This document shows, one piece after another, positions 58,394 through 64,000 of a stretch of 64,000 bases of DNA (positions within the stretch are counted from its first letter, which is position 1; every line of letters begins with the position of its first letter). Made by a program: the position numbers and the translations under genes. Under the pieces are notes generated by a model, which searched no databases, was not told the origin of the DNA, and was given only the letters and a program-made list of their open reading frames with translations. Source of the stretch: a virus; IMG/VR virus record IMGVR_UViG_3300025770_000656; one strand, written 5' to 3'.

Positions 58394-58423
58394 TTGACTA
58401 GATAAATACATATGTTATATACT
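58394..58423 (+). promoter_or_regulatory. Nested sigma70 and late promoters for gp32
   Basis: TTGACT (58394-58399), 18-nt spacer, TATACT (58418-58423), with GATAAATA (58401-58408) inside the spacer. Confidence 0.65.
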
Positions 58424-58451
58424 GTAGAGACAATAAAGACAGTATGTATCT

Positions 58452-58497
58452 TAGGCATACAAATAGGCTATAAACAATAGGCAAAGGAGAAATAGGC
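58452..58497 (+). repeat. Four TAGGC direct repeats in the gp32 leader
   Basis: TAGGC at 58452, 58464, 58478 and 58493; three are AATAGGC. Confidence 0.8.
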
Positions 58498-58500
58498 ACT

Positions 58501-59532
58501 ATGGCATCATTAGCAGAAATCCGTGCAAAACTAAAAGCACAAGAATCACGCACAGAGCGTGGCGGCGGCGACAACGCAATTTACCCACATTGGAATATTC
58601 CAGAAGGATCAACGGCAGTAGTTCGTTTCCTACAGGATAGCGATGAGTCAAACACTTTCTTTTGGAAAGAACGTTTGATGATTCGGTTACCTTTTAACGG
58701 TGTAAAGGGTGGTGACATGAATAACAAAAATGTTGTTGTTCAAGTTCCATGCGTTGAAATGTGGAACGATACTTGCCCAGTACTTTCAGAAGTACGAGGG
58801 TGGTTTAAAGACAAGAGTCTAGAAGACATGGGTCGTAAGTATTGGAAGAAGCGTTCATATATTTTTCAGGGCTTTGTGAACGAAAACCCAATGACAGACG
58901 ATAACACACCAGACAGTCCAATCCGTCGGTTTGTTATTAGCCCAAGCATCTTTGGAATTATCAAGGACGCACTAATGGATCCAGATATCCAAGAGCTTCC
59001 CACTGATCCAGAGATGGGATTAGACTTCCGTATTACTAAAACCACAAAGGGACAGTATGCAGACTATTCCACTAGTAAATGGGCCCGCAAAGAAACTGCG
59101 CTAACAGCTGAACAGAAAGCAGCTATTGAAACCCATGGGTTACATAACCTATCTGACTTTCTACCAAAGCGTCCAGGCGAGGTAGAATTAAACGCTATCA
59201 AAGAGATGTTTGAAGCATCTGTAGATGGCGAAGCATATGACGTTGAGCGTTTTGGACAATACTATCGTCCATTCGGAGTTGATGCACCAGCAGGATCCTC
59301 AAGTACGTCTACACCTGCACCAGTAGCAACCCCAGCGTCAACAGCCGTTGACACCAGTACCAATACCAATACGGTAGCAGAAGGTCAAACTGAGGCTAAG
59401 CCAATTGAGGCTAAGCCAGTAACTGCTAGTACTGAATCGGCTCCTGCTCCAGTAGCAGCAGCGGCTGAAAAATCCGATGGTAAGAGTGCAGATGACATTC
59501 TTGCTATGATTCGTGCAAGGCAAAAAGCCTAA
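58501..59532 (+). CDS. gp32: Single-stranded DNA-binding protein
   Basis: AVVRFL, CPV, KYWKKRSYIFQGFV, DFRITKT and YSTSKW motifs; flexible C-terminal tail. Confidence 0.9.
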   Translation: MASLAEIRAKLKAQESRTERGGGDNAIYPHWNIPEGSTAVVRFLQDSDESNTFFWKERLMIRLPFNGVKGGDMNNKNVVVQVPCVEMWNDTCPVLSEVRGWFKDKSLEDMGRKYWKKRSYIFQGFVNENPMTDDNTPDSPIRRFVISPSIFGIIKDALMDPDIQELPTDPEMGLDFRITKTTKGQYADYSTSKWARKETALTAEQKAAIETHGLHNLSDFLPKRPGEVELNAIKEMFEASVDGEAYDVERFGQYYRPFGVDAPAGSSSTSTPAPVATPASTAVDTSTNTNTVAEGQTEAKPIEAKPVTASTESAPAPVAAAAEKSDGKSADDILAMIRARQKA

Positions 59533-59541
59533 GTAATAACA

Positions 59542-59563
59542 GGGGAGGGGGAAACCTCTCCCC
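59542..59563 (+). terminator. GAAA-capped hairpin after gp32
   Basis: GGGGAGGGG-GAAA-CCTCTCCCC; weak U-tract. Confidence 0.65.
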
Positions 59564-59587
59564 ATTATTACTTAATAGGATAGATTT

Positions 59588-60256
59588 GTGTTACTTGTAG
59601 GAGGCGACAGTTTTAGTTGTTGGCCATTGGAAGAAATGGATGGACATAGACGTAACTGTTGGCCAACTTTGTTAGCAGATTATCTAGATTTAGAACTAAC
59701 AGATTATAGTAGAGCAGGTTGTAGTAATGACCGCATATTTAGATATATTCTACCAAATATAACAGTAAACACTACGCTCGTAGTTGTATTATGGTCATCT
59801 ACTAACCGCTATGAATTTACTAACTCTAAAACAAGTAAAATAAAGTCCTTAATGCCTCGGGATAAGGAATATGTTGTTCAAGATTGGTATCTTAATTACT
59901 GCAGGACTTTATTGTATGCATTAAGTATATCCAATACATGCAAGTTAATGGGTGTACCTCTTATACAAAGATTACAATTCAACGCAGATTGCTGGTGGGA
60001 TAATACATTAGAATCCTTTAAAAAACAACTACGTAATAATTTACTGTTTGATAATTTACCAGATAATATGATACAAGAACGTTTTGACTATTTAAAATCT
60101 TTACATATCATGATAGATAGTGTAGACTTTAACAATAGTATACAGAGTTTTGTAGAAACGTCAGCAGAATATAAAGATCATCCAACTCCACGTGGACACA
60201 AACAAATTAGAGATAAAATTATAGAGGAAATAAAATGGCAAAACCTTTTGACGTAA
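59588..60256 (+). CDS. SGNH-hydrolase-like protein
   Basis: GGDSFS, AGCSNDRI, LWS and KDHPTPRGH motifs. Confidence 0.7.
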   Translation: MLLVGGDSFSCWPLEEMDGHRRNCWPTLLADYLDLELTDYSRAGCSNDRIFRYILPNITVNTTLVVVLWSSTNRYEFTNSKTSKIKSLMPRDKEYVVQDWYLNYCRTLLYALSISNTCKLMGVPLIQRLQFNADCWWDNTLESFKKQLRNNLLFDNLPDNMIQERFDYLKSLHIMIDSVDFNNSIQSFVETSAEYKDHPTPRGHKQIRDKIIEEIKWQNLLT

Positions 60257-61344
60257 GCAAGTTTCGCAAGGATATTACAAAGAGCATTGATGGCCTTAGT
60301 ATTGGCTTCCACGATCCTACTGACTGGATTAGTACTGGAAGTTATGCACTTAACTATCTTATTAGTGGCGACTTTCATAGAGGAGTCCCCATGGGAAAAG
60401 TTACAGTGTTTGCTGGAGAATCAGGTGCAGGTAAAAGTTACTTTGCTGCAGGCAACATTGTTAAAGCTGCACAAGAACAGGGTATCTTTGTTGTACTAAT
60501 TGATAGTGAAAACGCTCTTGACGAAACTTGGTTACGTGCATTGGGCGTTGACACTGATGAAGGTAAATTACTTAAACTATCAATGAGTATGATTGATGAC
60601 GTTGCTAAAACTATTAGTACGTTTATGAAAGATTACAAAGGCATGGAGGAAGAAGATCGTCCTAAAGTACTATTTGTAATTGACTCGCTGGGCATGCTAT
60701 TAACTCCTACAGATGTTGATCAGTTTGACAAAGGTGATATGAAGGGTGACATGGGCCGTAAACCTAAAGCACTAACGTCACTGGTACGTAATACTGTTAA
60801 TATGATTGGTAGTTATAACGTAGGAATGGTTTGTACTAACCACACTTATGCTTCGCAAGATATGTTTGATCCAGATGATAAAATTAGCGGCGGGCAAGGA
60901 TTTATCTATGCAAGTAGTATTGTTGTCGCTATGCGTAAACTTAAACTTAAAGAAGATTCAGACGGCAATAAAGTAAGTGACGTTATGGGCATTCGTGCAG
61001 CATGCAAAGTTATGAAGACACGCTACAGTAAGCCTTTTGAAGGTGTACAAGTTAAAATTCCATATGAAACAGGAATGGATCCTTATAGTGGGTTGTTAGA
61101 AATGTTTGAGAAAAAAGGTTTACTAACCAAACAAGGGAACCGTCTCAAATATACGCCAGCCTCAGGCGATGAAATGCTGGAGTTCCGCAAAGGATGGACA
61201 GGAGATAAGCTAGAAGTAATAATGGCAGATATTGTTGCTAGTGATGAACTAAATAGTACCGTAGAGGTTGACGGAAAAGTAAATGATCAACCACTTGATG
61301 ATTTGCCTGAACAGGGTGATTTAGACGAACAAGTAGAGGAATAG
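60235..61344 (+). CDS. uvsX: RecA-like recombinase
   Basis: FAGESGAGKS Walker A, LIDSENA, FVIDS, TNHTY and SGGQGFIYASS motifs. Confidence 0.95.
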   Translation: MAKPFDVSKFRKDITKSIDGLSIGFHDPTDWISTGSYALNYLISGDFHRGVPMGKVTVFAGESGAGKSYFAAGNIVKAAQEQGIFVVLIDSENALDETWLRALGVDTDEGKLLKLSMSMIDDVAKTISTFMKDYKGMEEEDRPKVLFVIDSLGMLLTPTDVDQFDKGDMKGDMGRKPKALTSLVRNTVNMIGSYNVGMVCTNHTYASQDMFDPDDKISGGQGFIYASSIVVAMRKLKLKEDSDGNKVSDVMGIRAACKVMKTRYSKPFEGVQVKIPYETGMDPYSGLLEMFEKKGLLTKQGNRLKYTPASGDEMLEFRKGWTGDKLEVIMADIVASDELNSTVEVDGKVNDQPLDDLPEQGDLDEQVEE

Positions 61345-61349
61345 ATTGC

Positions 61350-61562
61350 ATGGATGATGAGCTCCTAGTAGAGACCTGGACAATTCTTAAAGAGTACATC
61401 AAAGACAAGCAAAGTGCGGCAGATCATTGGATTGGCGAACTAATTGATCTTGGTATTGGAGACGAAACTTTAGATTTACTAGCCGCACAAGACAAGTACT
61501 TAGCAAAAGCAGTGCAATACAATGATGACGATAGCGATCCGTATTACTATGACGATGAGTAA
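61350..61562 (+). CDS. Small acidic hypothetical protein
   Basis: 70 aa, between uvsX and uvsY. Confidence 0.65.
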   Translation: MDDELLVETWTILKEYIKDKQSAADHWIGELIDLGIGDETLDLLAAQDKYLAKAVQYNDDDSDPYYYDDE

Positions 61563-61583
61563 CGCAACTTAGTCTAAGATGTG

Positions 61584-61612
61584 TTGACAAATTCACATTA
61601 AATGTATATAAT
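61584..61612 (+). promoter_or_regulatory. Consensus sigma70 promoter
   Basis: TTGACA (61584-61589), 17-nt spacer, TATAAT (61607-61612). Confidence 0.85.
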
Positions 61613-61618
61613 ACTACT

Positions 61619-62077
61619 ATGATAAACTGGTACAGTAAAGTTACGCAAGACTTGGGAGCAATTCCAGACTTTATTACACATTATGAAAATGAACTTCTAC
61701 TGGCTCGTAAAGAGGTAGGCATACACGGCTTAGTTGAACAGTCAATTAAAGAATTGCCTGCTATAACTGAGATACGCTTTGGCCAACTACAAGAGGTTGA
61801 AGCAGTACTTAATCATCTTAATATACAGTTACGTAAAATAAGAAGAAAGCACTTTGCGAAGTACTTGGAAAACTATCCTCGTGCCTTAACTAGTCGTGAT
61901 GCTGAGAAGTATGTTGATGGCGAAGATGAAGTCATTGATTTTGAAACTATTATTAATGAAGTTGCTCTGCTCCGTAATAGATGGTTAGGTATTATGAAAG
62001 GTACGGAGTCTAAAAACTTTATGTTAGGACATATAGTTAGACTACGTACTGCTGGCATGGAAGATGTACAAGTTTGA
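61619..62077 (+). CDS. uvsY: Recombination mediator
   Basis: LTSRDAEKYVDGEDEV...KGTESKNFMLGHIVRLRTAGMED matches UvsY C-terminal features. Confidence 0.85.
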   Translation: MINWYSKVTQDLGAIPDFITHYENELLLARKEVGIHGLVEQSIKELPAITEIRFGQLQEVEAVLNHLNIQLRKIRRKHFAKYLENYPRALTSRDAEKYVDGEDEVIDFETIINEVALLRNRWLGIMKGTESKNFMLGHIVRLRTAGMEDVQV

Positions 62078-62397
62078 TGGACTTACACCAGAGAACTTTA
62101 GCATTAATGGAACAGTTAGACGATCTAAAAACTAAATTTGATACTGAACAAAAAACCATGCTTAAAGGCATGAGGGAAAAACAAACAACAAAAGCTGGGT
62201 GGTCTAGATACAGAGACTGTCAGAAGTTTTTTACTAATGCTAGAAAAGAACTAAACAGTGCTACTAATGATTGCTTATCAGCAGTTAATAAGCCCAGCAT
62301 AAGTAAAATTAAAACTATTGAAGCTAGAATACAAGTATTTGACAATAGCTGGCAACTTGCTAGGCAGTACGGTATGATTGGATTATTATCAGGATGA
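62077..62397 (+). CDS. Hypothetical helical protein
   Basis: Overlapped with neighbours on both sides; no motif recognised. Confidence 0.6.
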   Translation: MDLHQRTLALMEQLDDLKTKFDTEQKTMLKGMREKQTTKAGWSRYRDCQKFFTNARKELNSATNDCLSAVNKPSISKIKTIEARIQVFDNSWQLARQYGMIGLLSG

Positions 62398-63161
62398 TTT
62401 TTGCAAGTGAACTTGACAGTCATCAGCATAGTTTAGATACATTAAATCGCTTAAACAGTCATTATGAATTTAAAATAAGTGTTGGAAGTGTTCTGGATGT
62501 AGGTTGTGCTCTAGAGCTTATGGACTTAAGGTACTGGGCTAATTTAACAGACGAGCTTAATGTAAATGATCCTAACAAGCCTTTAAACATAAATTGTGTT
62601 GGGTTAAGCAACCTAGATATTCCAAAACCAACTGAAAAAAATATTAAATTTAAAAAGCAAGACTTTAATACCGGACATGGCTTTGGCGAATTTAAAACCC
62701 AGTTTGATGTAGTATGGTGTCATGATGTAATGCAGTATAGCTGGAGTCCAATTTGGTTTTTAAACAACATTAACCAGGTTATGTCAGATGGAGCAATGCT
62801 TTATTTGTGTGTTCCCAGTACTGTTAATGTACTATATAATCAGTTTACTAGTTATACGCCTAGTCATTGCTATAACACGTTTACAATAACACAAATACTT
62901 TATTTGTTAGCACTGAATGGCTTTGAGATCAAGGATTTCCATATAAAGAAAGAGCCTTTTGTAGACATAATTGAAGCAGTTACTTATAAAAATACTGAAC
63001 CATTGGACTATAACACTACGTGGTATGACTTACTGGAGAAAGATTTGCTATCAGATAGTATGGCAGAGATCGTACAACGTAACGGGTATCTTTCTAATCA
63101 AGGCCTTATTAGCAAATGGTTAGATGGTACTGTATATGACTATCGATACGAATCTAGATGA
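62394..63161 (+). CDS. Class I SAM-dependent methyltransferase-like protein
   Basis: SVLDVGC, FDVVWCHDVMQY and GAMLYLCVP motifs. Confidence 0.75.
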   Translation: MIFASELDSHQHSLDTLNRLNSHYEFKISVGSVLDVGCALELMDLRYWANLTDELNVNDPNKPLNINCVGLSNLDIPKPTEKNIKFKKQDFNTGHGFGEFKTQFDVVWCHDVMQYSWSPIWFLNNINQVMSDGAMLYLCVPSTVNVLYNQFTSYTPSHCYNTFTITQILYLLALNGFEIKDFHIKKEPFVDIIEAVTYKNTEPLDYNTTWYDLLEKDLLSDSMAEIVQRNGYLSNQGLISKWLDGTVYDYRYESR

Positions 63162-64000
63162 GAATAACACACTTTCCAAATAATTTACCAACTAACCAAA
63201 ATCTTGTATATCCACAACTAATTAACGCTATTAAATCAACAGACGAACTTGTTGAAAGTGACTGGGATGCTGATGTTGCACTGATATGGAGCGTACTCTG
63301 GTTTGGCAAAATGAGTGCTAACAAGCGAGTATGGGAAAAGTTTCGTGAAGCTGGAAAGCCAGTTGTTGTAATTGAAGTTGGCGGATTAATACGTAACGAA
63401 ACCTGGAAGTTAGGTATAAACGGAATTAATCGCGATGCTGATTTTGCATTAGATTTAGGAATAAACCGTGACAGACTATCCAAATTTAACTTGTCTAAAC
63501 AACCCTGGGTTATGGGCGATAAGCCTTATATTTTAGTATGTGGACAACACGCCCATAGTTTACAGTGGGAACACATGCCAGACATGGACACCTACTTTAG
63601 AGATACTGTAACTGATATACGCAAGTACAGTGATAAAACTATAGTACTTAGAGCGCACCCACGTTTTAGGGAAAACGTGCATTTTCCATTAAGTGATCCA
63701 GACTGGTACAAGGAACAAAACTGCGAATGGAATATTGCTAAACATGTACATAAAACCTATGATAGTTTTGACTTAGAAGATCAGCTTAAAGAAACTTGTA
63801 TGACTGTAAGTTTTAGTAGTAACGCTGGAGTAAATAGTGTTATACAAGGTATACCTACTGTGGTTAGTAAACATAGTTTAGCATGGGATATGAGTAGCAC
63901 GTATAAAGAGTTTAAGTTTCCGTCCAGAACAAAATGGTTGCATACTATGGCTAACATTGAATATTTTCCAGACGAAATTGATATACAGTGGAAACGAATT
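63158..64000 (+). CDS. KpsC/KpsS-like (capsule synthesis, GT-B-like) protein, partial; runs off the right edge
   Basis: Manual translation, not in the ORF track: MRITHFPNN...VVVIEVGG...ILVCGQH...VLRAHPR...SFSSNAGVNSVIQGIPTVV. Confidence 0.65.
   Translation, partial: MRITHFPNNLPTNQNLVYPQLINAIKSTDELVESDWDADVALIWSVLWFGKMSANKRVWEKFREAGKPVVVIEVGGLIRNETWKLGINGINRDADFALDLGINRDRLSKFNLSKQPWVMGDKPYILVCGQHAHSLQWEHMPDMDTYFRDTVTDIRKYSDKTIVLRAHPRFRENVHFPLSDPDWYKEQNCEWNIAKHVHKTYDSFDLEDQLKETCMTVSFSSNAGVNSVIQGIPTVVSKHSLAWDMSSTYKEFKFPSRTKWLHTMANIEYFPDEIDIQWKRI

Noticed and set aside
63154-63483. Antisense 109-aa ORF at the right edge
   Set aside because: It is the shadow of the real + strand gene at 63158->64000, which the track missed because it has no stop in the window.

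Overview
This window is a segment of a large (probably jumbo) T4-superfamily myovirus genome. It is AT-rich, uses the standard genetic code and carries Shine-Dalgarno sites. Gene content and order resemble the RaK2/GAP32-like jumbo myoviruses and their environmental relatives; this is an inference from recalled sequence motifs, not a database search. From left to right it holds: a partial baseplate-type gene; gp55 late sigma; gp47/gp46 interrupted and followed by accessory genes (SGNH-like, HNH, two radical SAM proteins); a small GIY-YIG gene followed by a ~480-nt highly structured non-coding region; gp51/gp26; tape measure; head genes gp20-gp23; a ~16-kb fibre/baseplate cluster with an inserted HtrA-type protease; Nudix, gp15, gp14 and gp13 with two free-standing endonucleases and an early-gene islet; dNMP kinase; gp18, gp19, gp4, gp16 and gp17; acidic head proteins; gp32, UvsX, UvsY; and a methyltransferase and KpsC/S-like gene at the right edge. 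Late genes are preceded by NATAAATA (T4 late-type) promoters and several non-structural genes by near-consensus sigma70 promoters. No tRNA, rRNA, CRISPR array, intron or intein was seen. The most interesting observations are (1) the candidate large ncRNA at 8780-9260 directly behind a GIY-YIG nuclease that has no obvious DNA-binding tail, (2) a 35-codon chimeric ORF at 7266-7373 recording a recombination between the gp46 3' end and a probable GIY-YIG gene start, (3) structured leaders on the homing-endonuclease genes, and (4) a polyprotein-like acidic head protein.
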